Shown here piece by piece: positions 1 to 13,356 of a DNA stretch of 64,000 nucleotides (position 1 is its first letter; every line of letters starts with the position of its first letter). Made by a program: the position numbers and the translations under genes. Source of the stretch: Paragordius varius (taxonomy: Eukaryota; Animalia; Nematomorpha); contig OZ176054.1 of assembly GCA_964247055.1 (NCBI GenBank), forward strand, positions 9,610,001 to 9,674,000, written 5' to 3'. The notes under the pieces were generated by a model that saw nothing but the letters and a program-made list of their open reading frames with translations, was not told the DNA's origin and searched no databases.

Positions 1-200
1 TTAGTCATAAACGTTTGTCAACGATATTTTTAATTAATTTAATCACAAACTATAACATTTTTAGTCCATTTACTTTTTGAATTGAATATCCCAAAATTAA
101 TGTTTTGGAACTTGTTTTTTGTAACATTACATTTCTATAAATTATCCCACTCCTTATTATAGTTTGTAAATGAAACATTAATTATGTGTTTCATATTCAG

Positions 201-3200
201 ATACCTATTGGACGCAATTGTATAGCCCATTACAGGGACCTTAAACGACAATGCGTATTTAGCCATGAAGAACTGATTTGTAAAATGGCATCCAGTCCTG
301 AACATTTAGAAACGGCCATAGCAGTTTCAACGCTCGAGGATATGCGAATCATGATTGGAGAAGAACGGGCTATGCGAAAACATCTCTATGAATTGGGAGT
401 AATCAATCAACCAATTAATTAATTATTTATTTATTGAATAGGGCAAAGTTTAAAATTGGAAAATGAACTATGATTTTGAAAAAAAGCATATGTAGCGAAA
501 CTTACTTTAAAAGAAATTAACACATGTGCATGCAAGATGTTCCTTACACGTTTGCCTTATTTCATTTTAAAATTTTTATCTTTCTTGGTATGTTCATTAC
601 TGTATGAATAGTGCATATTAAATTTTTTGATAAACACGGCCATAAATCTATACATGAATGTATATCCAATCAAACAACCGTAATTGTACCAAACATATAT
701 TAAAAATAAAGTTCATAAATCATTTATGAACAAACATGAAAATTCATCTTACGCAATTTCAAATGTTGTGACCGTGATTGTCACCGCTTTTAAATAAAAT
801 TAATATCATATATGCAAGTATAATCTAATAAATATAATTAATCAATGATAGATTATGAGAAAATTCATCATTTTTTTTATAATTTTTACAAATTTTGTAT
901 TAGGAGCACTATTATTTTGACTAATTTTAAGAGTTGTTTTTATTTGATAGGTTACTAAAGCCGAACGGGAAATTTTTGAATTAATGGGTGATGATGAGAG
1001 AAAATGCGATTATTGTAATACAACGTGCTTTTTATCAGCCATCACATGTTTATGCACTGAAAATATAGATAAATCTGGCAATAAGTTAGCACTCCCTATA
1101 TTAATATTTACTTAAAAATTAAATAATGTGAATTTTTGATTTTATTTATATGGAAAAAGACTTTCTTCATATATATATATTTGAACTTTTACTTAATATT
1201 TATGGCATTAAAATAGGATTTTTAGACACGCACAATTTGTTATGCTACATTACAGTATAAGTAGGAATTTGATATGCTGTTATGAAATATAAATTATTTT
1301 TCCATAACACAAAACTAATAGGGGTAACAGTTATACAGGGCGAATGGGCATGGCTGCCGAACAATTTAAGGCTTTAGGCCCGCGTACTATGCATGCTCAA
1401 CCCAAAACGATTATTGATTTGGAATGTATGCAACATAATAACAATCGAATTAATGGCAATAATCCCGACTCTCAGCATCACGATATCATTGATTTGTGTT
1501 GCAGTGAAAGTAATGTAGAACAAAGGACAAATGTCAATAAATTAGTTTGCTTATACCATGTCGATTATTTGTGTAATCGATGTACCTACAATGATTATTG
1601 CCTAAAGTAAGTAGAGCACTGAAACAAAAGCTTGAGTTATTTAATTAATGATATATTAAGCCTATGATTTATGTTAATAATATTTTTGGTAACACATTTG
1701 AGTCCTTATAATTTATATCGAGATTTTATTTATACTTTAAATTTCTGCCCCTAATACCTACAAAAAATAATTAGTTGTGGGTTATTACCCTTTTTCTTGA
1801 AGCAGTTTTAAAAATTTAGATCGAGTTTTCAGCATTATGTTTGTTTAATATTCTTAGATATCGATATACATTGGATGAATTACCAGCCATGATGAACCGG
1901 CTGAAAACGCATTTGGAATATTTTGATGTATGGTCGGCCAAAGTTAAACGTTGTCTCGAATGTAAACCTATATCGTTCGGAGATCATCCAATAATAAATA
2001 GCAATGCTAGAGATTCAAAAAATTCAATGATAACTAACGTCAGCAATGTTTGTGTTAAATCTGAAGCGGATTCATCAACTATGATTGATACACCTTCTCA
2101 AACTTTTCCCAATCCTAATAGGGATGTATTAAGGGAACCTAATAACAATAATCAAGAAATCAATGGTGGCGAGGATTCTAAAAGTGGTATTGTTAAGGTC
2201 GATACCTCCACCAATGAATCGGTTAATTTTATGAAGTTTTTTTGTCTAAAAAAGTAGTAATAATACCTATTTTGTCATGTTTTTTTATATTAATCGCTAA
2301 TCGTTATACCTTTTTTTAGGAAGAACATGAACAAATGGAAATTGAACATCATCAACGAATAAGTCTTGAAGAATTGAAAGGTAACATTTTTTTTAAATAA
2401 TTAAAATACATAAAATCGTTTGTGATATCGATGGTTAGTATTTTTATAAACTTTTTAATGATGTGTTTTCAGGCGGTTAAATTTTCTAATATATTTATTT
2501 TATTTTTTTCATATTCTTGCCTAGATTGAATAAAATTAAATACCATCTTTTTCTAATGATACTAAAATTACTTGTTTATCATAGGGCTTTATAAAGAAAG
2601 TTTATACAAAAAATTTCCACCAAATGATCTCACTAACATATTGTTGAGGGAAATAGAGAAGGCCGATAAATTATCCGATCAATGCAGAGAAATCTTGAAA
2701 AAATTTACATTGGTATAACTTAAATATAATTTTAATTATTTTGCTTTTATAATATTAATTTTATATTTTAAAAAAATAAATTATAGAAAGTGAAAAAACA
2801 TGAGATGCCATTGCAAGGATATTATAAAATTAACAGTTTACAGCAAATTCTATCAAATTTACAAGCTTTACCATGTGAGCTAAAGGAGGAATCTGATTTT
2901 ACGGTAATTTAATAAACTTAAACTTTTTAAGTAAATTATATTTAATGTGCAATTTTATTGTTGTTTTTCAGGTATTGGTGAAAGATGCTGAGAAATATCT
3001 CGAATTTATTGACCATTCTTTGAATGATAAAATCCCTGATGTAGCTAAATTCAAAGAAATTGTTGGCAACAAATTTTTCATTATTCTACAAATACCCAAT
3101 AAAGATTTGATTAAAGAGGTTGAGTTTTTCTAATTCTATTTATAAAATTTTTTTATTTATGATTCGACACAAAGTATTTAAATATTGTTTTTTTTTCTCG

Positions 3201-3276
3201 AAATCTGTAAAGAGTATGATGCACAGCTTACTTAGCTTTTAACATAGGTATTTTTACTAAATAAAATTTTGGTTCA

Positions 3277-3309
<33 letters not shown>

Positions 3310-6300
3310 GGTGTATATGTATAACTTTACATTGCTAGTGCTATGATGTTTCGAAATGGTTGTTTGAGGTAAAAGAAAAGTTATCTAATTGTACGACTAC
3401 AGTCATGCCCTCAAAAGTCAAGCCAATAAAGACGGAAAACAATGAGACAGGTAGTATTAATATTAAATTTATTTTTAAACATTTAACCAAATTAGTTTAT
3501 ACAAATTATTCAATATTTTTCACCTTTAATTTCCCCTGCATTCCTTTCCTAAAGTTACGGATATGCAGTTTGTTGCAAACTCTATTTTTTTATAAATATT
3601 TTTGCAATTATATTATGGAAATTAATAGTTTTATATATTATATTGTATTTTAGATATTAAGCCGGATGAAACATTAAATGTCTTACCTGAAACAAACTCC
3701 AAAGTTATAAATAATGGTTATACCGTGGATATGGACGAGGATGAGAAACTTATTCCAACGGTTTCGATTGAAGATATCGATGAATTGATTGAAGTAATTT
3801 ACTTTTTTTATAATATAGGTTTTATTTATTTATTAATATATATGTGTATTCTTATTTTACTCTAAAATCTACAGACAAAAGATAAATTTTACATATTTAT
3901 TTGTCCAAATACGGTACTACAAAAGTCATTTTGACCGAGAAAAATTGATAGCAGTGTGCTATTTTATAAATTAACTATTATTGTACAAAATTTAAGACTC
4001 TTATATAAAATGGTTTTTTAATTATATATAAATATATGTAATAAATATATATTGCTTGTATTAGATTGGAGAAAAAAAGCCTAAAACCAATCACCCTTCG
4101 CTCGTAAAATGTCTCGATGAACTCAAAGAAATTATCCAAGCTGCCCAAGCTTGGGAGGAAAAGGCTACACTTTTGTTAGAATCCAAAAAGTAATTTTCTA
4201 AGTTACACCAAATTTTTTAAATATTCATTGTTGTTATTGTTTTCTTTTTTGTTTCTATAGTAATTCCATTGAATCATTGGAAACATTTATGAATGAAATT
4301 GGACCCATACCAATTCATTTACCTAATGTGTTTTCAGTAAAGGATGCTATCGTTTCTGCGCATGCATGGCGACGTAAAGCGCGGAACATATTGGTTTTAT
4401 TTTTGTTGTTTGAACAAACAAATTTAAATTGTTTTTTTTGATAAAAAATATTTAACATTTTGTTATGATTTTTGTAAGCATGCTTATGAGCATTTGGATT
4501 TGAATATTTAAATGTTTGTTATATAATTAATCAAAAATATTTGGTTGTTTTTTGGGCGTTATATTAAAAAAGATATATTTTAAAATTGGAAAAGCCTTTT
4601 TGCCACTAAATATTTAGTTTTTTTTGTAAAATCGCTTATAAAATTGCAAATTAAAAATAAATTAACTTTGAATCCATTTATTTATTTAAAAAATAATTGA
4701 AGCAAAATAATCTATTTTTAATTTACTATTAAATTTGGATAGTATTACAGTATGCATGTTAATGATTGCTTATTTCACACTATAGTATGGCAATTTAAGA
4801 CACAGGAGTGTATGGAAAAACGGAAGAATATAATTGTTTATTCAACATTTTGTTGTTTTTTCCATACACTACAGTGTTCCAAATTGCTCAACTATAGTGT
4901 AAAATAAGCAACCATTAAAATGCATACTGTAATACATTCCAAAACTCATTCATATCATAAATGTTATAAAATGCTATAAAGTGTTAACATATATATATAT
5001 ATATATATATAATACACAATCATAGGATGGAAATACTATTGTAAGTTACAAAAACTTACTGGATTTTTATGAAAACGGTAAAACTATACCAGTTGATTTG
5101 GGGAGGGATTTGGTTGTTCCATTGGAAAACATTCTTCAGTCATTAGATGCTTGGTGTGATCAAGCTAAACGATGTTTTGTTAAGAAAAATTGTGAACAAA
5201 GTTTACAAGAGGTGCGTTTTATTTTAAAATATTTTTTTTACAGATTTTATGCCCCAATTATTTGTCGGAAGAAACAAATAAGGAGACAAAAACTAAAAGT
5301 CCTCTTAAATCTAAACGAATGAAACATAAGGCGAGTCCGATTAGGCAAAAAGGTAAAATAAGATTGATTAATGAAAAACGCTTTTTTTATCACAAATATA
5401 TTATATGTATAGACACTTTCTCGAAAACATTGTTTGATCTCCTCCTAAATAAATTGAGTACGGATGCCATGAAAGACGATAACATTGATAACCAAATAAA
5501 GGAAATGGTATTTTTTGACTCTTTTAATATTACATAATCGATTAACCTTTTTTATCAATATTTATGTAAATAAATATACTTAGGAAAACCATTTAAATAT
5601 CAGTGAATTATGGTAAATTTAACAAAAACTAAACTGAAAATACTGAGTTTTATTTTGTAAGAAGATTATACATTAAAAAATTTATATATATAAATTTTAA
5701 GGGCGTAAAAAATTCTTTTTGGAATCTATATGAATGTATGCAATCGTTTAAAAATTATTGTTGGTAAATTTAATTACTATTTATTTTTTATTTTTTATAA
5801 TTTTAGTGTCGATTATACAAATCGTATTGCGACAAAGAAATTGATGCGTTAGATGATGTTCGAAATAACTATTTTTTGAACTATCAAATATATAAAATGG
5901 ATCAAACATCATCAGTGTCAACCTCCACAAACCCTTTAAAAAACCAAGAGTTAATTTCTCAATCAATTTCAAAAAAGAGTGAATTTAGCTCTAAAAAATC
6001 ACATTCTCGACCAGATAAAGCCAAATTTTGCATTTGCAAATCTGGGGAGTTTCGTAAACCAATGTTATGTTGCCAGCTATGTTTTCAACGATATCATTGT
6101 ACGTTTTATTTTTATGTTTTATATTGTTGATTTTTAAAAAATCAACCAATACTCCTATTTTTAATGGCATAAAATTTTGAAATGTATGATCAAATATATA
6201 ATATATAAAAATATTGATTTTTTGTATTTATAGATGAATGCGTTTTGACGAATAAAACAGTCAATTGTTTACAAAATATGATACGTGGACAATGTAAAGT

Positions 6301-8378
6301 AAATGGGATCGAATATTCTAATCAATTGTTGTCAATGAAACACAACTTGCAGTCTCTTAAAAATAATTTTTTACCTTCACCACCACCTCAACCATCACCC
6401 TTGATAGATTCGGTATCGGCGAACAATGTAACTTTTTTTATTTTTATTATTAATAAAATATTTATTGAATCCATTTTGTTGAGGCATTGTATGCTTTTCC
6501 AAAAATACTTGTACGACCCACTAAAATTTTGAAAATTCAATAATATGTCCTTCATAATTTGCGAAATTATCCAAATCATAGTCAAATTGATATAACTAAA
6601 ACATATATAAATCCTCGATAAGAGTCTTTCCATATGGTAAACAACTAGCCAAAAAGTGTGAAATAAATAATAGTTTGTGTTTGTAATTTTTCTAGTGTCT
6701 GATGCTTGAAATTAATGTTATTTATTATTGCCCATATATTCGAAAGCGGCCCGCAAAATCATATGTTTTGGGCACCCCTGCAATAAATAATTTATGATTT
6801 TTTACATCGGATATAAAATTGCGGTGTATATGTTTTCTATTTTAATCAAAATATGTAATAAATAATTTTTGCCTTAAATTACATTATAATATAAATGCCT
6901 CCACTATAAAAAAATATAATTATGCACTTTTGTTGTAATATGGCAATTTTTAAGCTAATATACCATAGGTACAAAAATTACTTTAACTATAGATGTAGTG
7001 AATAATACCTAAACTTTATTTTTTTAGCAAAATTTTACTGATTTTGGCTTAAGCTATTATATAACAATTTTATTTTTATTTATACAGTTACTAGCGTTGA
7101 TGGATTCACCCTACATTTGCTCCACATGTGTTAGATCTCGCAGACCAAAATTAGAAACAGCATTTTCCCTTTTGATTTCCTTGCAAAAAATGCCAGTCAA
7201 AACAATTGAATGTATAATACTTCAATGTTTAACAGAACGTGCAATAGCATGGCAAGACAAAGTTCAAAAGGTATTGTATTAATATATATTTATGACTAAA
7301 TATATATTTCTATTTTTTTTCATTATTAAACAATGCCACAGAGCACTACATTAAATAGTAATATTATTGGCTTAAAAATTAAATTTTTATTACGCACCAA
7401 TTTAAAACAATATTTTCTCTGTTGTATATGCTTTCTGGCCATATTTTGTAAAAAAAACAAGCAATGTATTACACTGTAGTTTATATTCTTCTATATTTTT
7501 TAAGTATCTTGTATTGCCCATTAAAGCACTACATGAATTTATATAATTTATGTTTTACCATAGTTTTTAGTGTCTGAACCTATTAATCAAGTTGTTAATT
7601 CAATCCGTGCGAAAAAAATGAAGCAATCCTTTTCTTATTCGCCTACTACCACCAAATCCTCATTTGCCATATCCTACAATAATCTAAAACCATCATCAGA
7701 TATCGTTGAATGTAAATTTGTTGAAAAAGACATTTATTCCTCAAATAATATTGCAGGTGATAACGCCTCAGTTTCAACGAACAACACAAGTATTTGTAAA
7801 TCGAGTAATCGTATTGAAAATAACTTCATGTAGTTATTAATATAAAATTTAAATAATTAGCTTTTGCCTTTAAATGGATATGAAAAAAAGAAGATTTGCA
7901 ATATATAATTCAATAAACAACGGTACTAATTTTTTTATTTACAACCCATACAAGTTTTTAGTATAAAGTTGCTTTAATTATTCACTTTCAGTTAAGAGCG
8001 AAAAAATGAATAAATATATACAACATACTATCTGTAAAACAACGATACTAATTTAAATGTAATATTCTTTATTAAGTATCGAAAAAAACTCAACAAAACT
8101 CTTATTAAAACTACTTAATTAAAAATAACTTAGATCCATCCAATCCCTCACCAATCATAGAATCATTAATTACGCCTTCTTCAATTACTGCAGAAAACGA
8201 GGATACACAAAATTCAAATGAGATTCAAAAACCTAAAGCTCCTGCTTTAACTCAAACGATCAACTCCATTACCACATTGAGTATGGCTAAATTGAATAAC
8301 ACCTATAAGCTCTCCATTGAATCTATGTCAAATAACAAAAAGTTTGGCGACAGCTCAAATGTTAATATATCCCAATTG

Positions 8379-8418
<40 letters not shown>

Positions 8419-10739
8419 TGTGTCAGTTTTGACTTTTAAATACTTAAAACACATTATCAAGCTATGATAAAATTTTGTTATCATATGCTAAAAAACTTAT
8501 AAATTAGATGAAATATTTGTTTTAAGCCTAATTTATAGTTAGTTAGTTAATATGAAAATTTTTAATTTAAATATATTTAGAAGTGCCTTGTTTTAGTAAA
8601 ATAGCAAAATAGTTTTTCATAATTCAAACTAGAGTCGAAAAATATGTAAAATGTTAAAAGTTCAACACGCATATTACTTAATCTAGAAACAAAATTTTAT
8701 GGTGATTTTGAACCTAAATGGCATATTAAGATAGGATAAATATATAATTTGGTATTGTATTTTAAATAAATTTGTGATGTTGTATTATTTAGATTCTCTC
8801 CCTACAATTCCATCTATAACAATAAATCTTTTGGAACGATTAATGTTTGAAGGATTCATTATTGAATTAACCATGTCCGAAACGGATACGCTTTGGGAAG
8901 TTTATCGGGAAATTAAAATGTCTCAAAAGGACAATAATGTCATGACAACGACCAATGTCTGCAACGAATTATCTATGGATATTGGCGATTTTAATTATGT
9001 ATATAGATTTGCAAAAACTCTTTTTTACCTAACAGTTTTATGTTACGTTATCTTATAATTTTTATCCTTTTAGGTTTGCAATTATTTGCTAATGCAATAT
9101 GCTACTGAAATATATCATGGTCAAAAGACTTTGGAAAAAGACAAAATACGTTGCAAAGAAACTGGATTAATTGAACAATCGCACTTTTCAACAACAACAA
9201 AAACACAAAACACATTCGTCGTAAGCGTTCATCAAAGTAAAAGGAAACAAAGATTAGTCATTAAACAAGATGCCGATATAATGCTAATCGGAATGCATCA
9301 ACAACAGGCTAGGAAAACGGCTTATTCCGAGTTATTAAACTCTGATTATGATAATGATGAACAAACTAACGCTTTAGAGAGTTGTAATAATATAACCAGT
9401 GCTTTCCCGGACACATTAGTTGAATTGGGTATATTATTGAGTTAGTTTTAGCAGTTTGAGTATATGTTCAAGGCTAATCAAAAAAAGTGAAGAATGATTA
9501 TATCTTTTGTATTTTTGCCTACTATTAATAATAACTCTACTCTGATTTTACTATACGATAAGCTACTACTAATCTTCGTTAGTATAAAGTATCGTTTTGT
9601 CATATGACCAGTATTAAAGACTAAAATTTTTATTTTGTTATTCGGCTGTGGATATTTAACCACTTATGGCACTAAAAGTTATAAAACGTTAATTTTACAG
9701 GTGTTACGGATTCCACCACTAATAAACGTTCAGTTAAACCAAAACTGCCATTTGAAATCAATAATGATAGTATGGATGGTAAAAATCATGGGAAAAAGTA
9801 CCAAACAAAATATACTTGTTATAAACACGGATACCAAAATAAATCTTCTAACGCTTTTCGAAATCGATTAGTTAACAAGGCCCTTCATAGAAAGCGAAAG
9901 GTTCAATCGGAAAAAAGTGATATTTGAATTTATTTAGCCACAATAAATTTCTGATTTTTATGCGATTTATATATATTTTCAAAAAAAGATAAAGCATCTA
10001 ATGATCATGAAGACGATACTAAATGTTCATGGCCAGAATGCAAGGAACCCATGGGATGTTTGTATTATTTATTAGTTCATTAATACTACTGTATAATAAT
10101 TAATATATTTTATATTAATTGCTGGAATCGGTGTTTTTTTGGTGTTACGCCATGATAATGTTTATTAATTTTAAAAGTTATTTAAAAAACCTGATTTTTG
10201 AGATTTTTACCCTGATAACTCATACATTTCCCATAATTATGTCAGCCTTGGCAGGCGAATGTTTACATGAATTTAGTAATTTATGCGTGGAATTAAGGCA
10301 GAAATTTTGTAAGTATTAAATTTAAATTTTTACCTTTTACACTAAAACCTTAAAATTTAAACATTTATAGGTGATATTAATTGGGTTCAATGCGATGGTG
10401 GATGTGAACAATGGTTTCACATGGTGTGTGTTGGATTGAGAGACGATCAATTGGATGATAATGACAATTATTACTGTTTTAGGTAACATTTAAAAGTTAT
10501 TAATTTTATACTAAAAATATTCCCACAATTAAATTATTTCATTGCTCATAGGTACTTAGAATTTATAGTATATGCTATTGTATTTAAATATAGTTTTTTT
10601 GCTCTAATGTTTTTTAAAAGTTACTATTTAAAATGCTTGATTTTATTTTTTAATATATCATTAACTAAGTTTCAATATTTTTATTCCATGTAATCCTGTA
10701 TATTTTAGATGCAAACAGGAACCTGCCGCGGAAAGTTGA
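201..10739 (+). CDS. KDM5: KDM5/lid (JARID1) lysine demethylase, 3' portion: end of JmjC region, C5HC2 zinc finger, PLU-1, PHD2, PHD3. The 5' exons lie upstream of the window.
   Basis: Phase-consistent GT-AG exons: 201-398, 951-1084, 1331-1606, 1858-2221, 2320-2380, 2585-2712, 2787-2903, 2972-3118, 3339-3450, 3654-3793, 4065-4189, 4261-4393, 5026-5211, 5244-5352, 5413-5507, 5807-6098, 6234-6412 or 6427, 7088-7270, 7564-7756 or 7804, 8134-8379, 8793-8998, 9074-9428, 9701-9916, 9989-10057, 10371-10482, 10709-10739 (TGA). Family motifs: [114 protein letters not shown]. Boundaries in low-complexity exons are less certain. Confidence 0.96.
4734..4943. mobile_element. Palindromic MITE-like element in a KDM5 intron
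   Basis: Left arm TTTGGATAGTATTACAGTATGCATG...GTGTATGGAAAAA closely matches the reverse complement of the right arm TTTTTCCATACAC...ATGCATACTGTAATACATTCCAAA. Arms about 85 bp, spacer about 40 bp. Confidence 0.8.
5212..5243 (+). other. 32-nt GT-AG intron in KDM5
   Basis: gtgcgttttattttaaaatattttttttacag. Removal gives SLQE|ILCP (cf. KDM5 SLLEVLCP); retention frameshifts to the stop at 5320-5322. Confidence 0.88.
6746..6780. mobile_element. Right-end fragment of a hAT/Buster-type MITE
   Basis: GCGGCCCGC...TTTTGGGCACCCCTG resembles the reverse complement of the CAGGGGTG.. left ends at 42947 and 57607. No partner end found. Confidence 0.4.
8381..8414. repeat. (TA)n microsatellite starting at the KDM5 donor site
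   Basis: About 17 TA units directly after the G of the GT donor at 8380. Similar TA runs near 3280-3309, 4989-5011, 15235-15264 and 59567-59589. Confidence 0.9.
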
Positions 10740-11996
10740 AGAAAAAATTATTATTTTCATAAATTAATTATTTTGTAAATTATATACAGTATTATATAAC
10801 ATGTTTCATGTATTTTTACGGTGTTGACTATTTGATAATGTTTATTAGTTTTACCGCTTTCATGTAATATCAGAATTAATTTTTTCTATCATATTTTCCT
10901 GTATAAATATATTATGAATAAATGTTAAAGATATATGATTGTGTAATGTAAATGCTCAATCCTTGGATCTGTAAAATAATTAATTGTACATAAGGGCTTG
11001 TGTTACGTAAAAAATCGCCATAAATACACGGGGTAAGAAAACTCCAATTCCAGATTCCTGACCCATAAAAGCGCTATGTTAAATTCTTTGCCTTTATAGG
11101 GCTAACATTTGGAATCATCCTTGATACCATCGTCTAATGAGTTATTCGAAAAAATACCTTAACTAAATAATCGTTATATAATGGCCTTTTAGGGCATAAA
11201 TGCCCTAAATTAACGACTAATAAAAAAACCCGATACCTTAGTTTTTACGTTACGGGTAATATTTCGAGCTTTTAATGAGATCATATGGCTTCATAAATTT
11301 TCTGAAAATTAGGTCCAAAACCACGCAATTTATATATAGTGGCGCAGTTTTAGCGGCTATCTGTTTACCCAGCAGCCAATATTAAAACAAACGCAAGACT
11401 AAAAATTTTGCCTTTTAACAGAGAATAACTCAAATCATCAGTGAATTTTAACGGTCACACCCTGGGCAAAAAATATTTATTTTTTGGAAAAAATGGCATT
11501 TTACGGGGGGAACGGGTAAAAAGATAGCCTAAATTAAAAAAGTAAGCCGACTAGGTTCGGCGCAATCGAAAAAAAGTAAAAATAATCTTATTTTAAATTG
11601 AATGGTCCAACACGTTTACCGGAAAATTGTCTCAAAGACATGATTTTTCTACACTTCTGTTTTCAAAAAAATCTGTTTTTTACACGAGTTGGGCCCAAAC
11701 TGGAACTTAATTCAAAAAAGGGGCGAAGCGATTGTTGGGCATTCATTAATGATTATATTTTTTTGACATTTAAATTTGAATGGGTCTACCGGTTTTCCGG
11801 AAACAGATCACAAAGCCAGCATTTTCCATTTTCATAAATATATAGATTCTAATGATCGGAATAGAAAAGCTGGTATAAACAGTCTTTCCGAACCAGAAGA
11901 TTTTATGATATATTTATCAACGGTAATTGTTATTTTTCTTTATAACAATAATTTTACAAGTTAAAAAACACTTTTTGTCAAATTGTATTTTTATCA

Positions 11997-12062
11997 GTCG
12001 CGACCCAATAATTTTGCTACACGACCCCAAATGGGGTCGCGATCCATAGTTTAAGAAGCATA
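11997..12062. mobile_element. Right-end fragment of a hAT/Buster-type element
   Basis: GTCGCGACCC...GGGGTCGCGATCCATAGTTTAAGAAGCA resembles the typical GGGTCGCGACCC..AGTTTGAGAA.CACTG terminus of this family. Confidence 0.45.
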
Positions 12063-12642
12063 GGGATAAATTTTATAGTTGCAAATTTTTTGCCATGGTT
12101 TGTTATTAAATTCTTGTGAGTTTATGACAATTTTTATTATCTATTAATAAGTTTTAGCTATGCCTTTTACATTATCTTAAATGGGGAGATTAAACTGTGA
12201 CGCAATTTAGATGATTCTGCATGAGGTTTTAGTTTATTTGATATATAGTAAACCATTTTCCTTCCCTATTCCCCCATAATGAGCCTGATGGAGGAAAACT
12301 ACACGACTTAATATCTGCATCATGACCCTTTTTTAAATGATTTAATTTCAAATAAAAAATAATTTTTAATTTCTTTCATTTTTTGGCTCATAATATGTGT
12401 AAAATAAAACATCCACAAAATAGTGGATGTGAAAGTGTATACCAACTGTTTAATATTTATGTATTGAAATACATAGTTTGATTTCGAGTCCAATTCTTAC
12501 CATCTGGCAAACGCAAATTTTTAGAGAGATATAATAAAGGGTTATTAATTCGAAAAAATTGCCCAAACACTGATACACGATAAATAAATGTAACTAAAAC
12601 GCACCAAAACCTCTAATTGTCCGTATTGGCTTTAAATTTAAA

Positions 12643-13356
12643 CCAGATGTATGAGTTTCGGTTTCTTGGTATCATGTAATTTTGAAAAGAAATATTATTT
12701 ATTTTATTCAAATTCTACATAGTTTGCCCATCTCTGGGTAAAATAAAGTGTTGCCAGAAAATTGATTATCTTTTGCGGAACCCATTCGTCATATTTTCCA
12801 ACGTTTTCATTATTATGAAGTGCTACTCTGCGAGGGTGTATTTCATTGATGCGAAGTTGTATTAGTCAGATGGTGCCAGGTCAGGAGAGTTCAGCGGATG
12901 CGATCGAATTCCCTATCAATCGATATTAAGGTGTCTTTTATTTATTTTGTAGTGTAAGACGGAACATTCTCATTAACGAAATCACTTTTTCATGTCTTCT
13001 CCGATTTCCGTCGTTTTTTGATTAATGCATGGTTTACATCACTCATTTGTTGACGATGCCATTGTGTATTAACGGGTTCACCGTGTTTCAAAAGTTCATA
13101 ATACATAACATCGCTCTGGTCTCATCACAGAGAGAGCACAGTCTTAATAAAGCGATTTGGCATTGGTGTTGCTAGACCAGTTGGGAAAGGTGAAAGTCAC
13201 TATTTTCTCGCTTTGGGATACAAAATAAACATTTCTTATCATCCGTCTGAATTCAATTTTAAGCGAGTTTTATAAGTAATTTTCGATTTGTTCATTCAAA
13301 TTGTTTGGGACCTATTTGCCGAGTTTATTAGTCTTTCACATTGCTCGTAGGCATAA
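12643..13356 (-). mobile_element. Decayed mariner (Mos1-like) transposon, 3' half
   Basis: Minus-strand fragments KLGK*VP (WVP motif), DQSDVMYYELLKHGEPVNT and HPLNSPDLAPSD*YNFASM (YSPDLAPSD motif), with stops and frameshifts. Terminus CCAGATGTATGAG at 12643 resembles the Mos1 TIR CCAGGTGTA. Cut off at 13356 by the next element. Confidence 0.88.

Noticed and set aside
1077-1339. Possible GC-AG intron in KDM5 (G|GCAATA with acceptor at 1338)
   Set aside because: A canonical GT-AG pair (1085-1330) gives the same frame, so the non-canonical donor is unnecessary.
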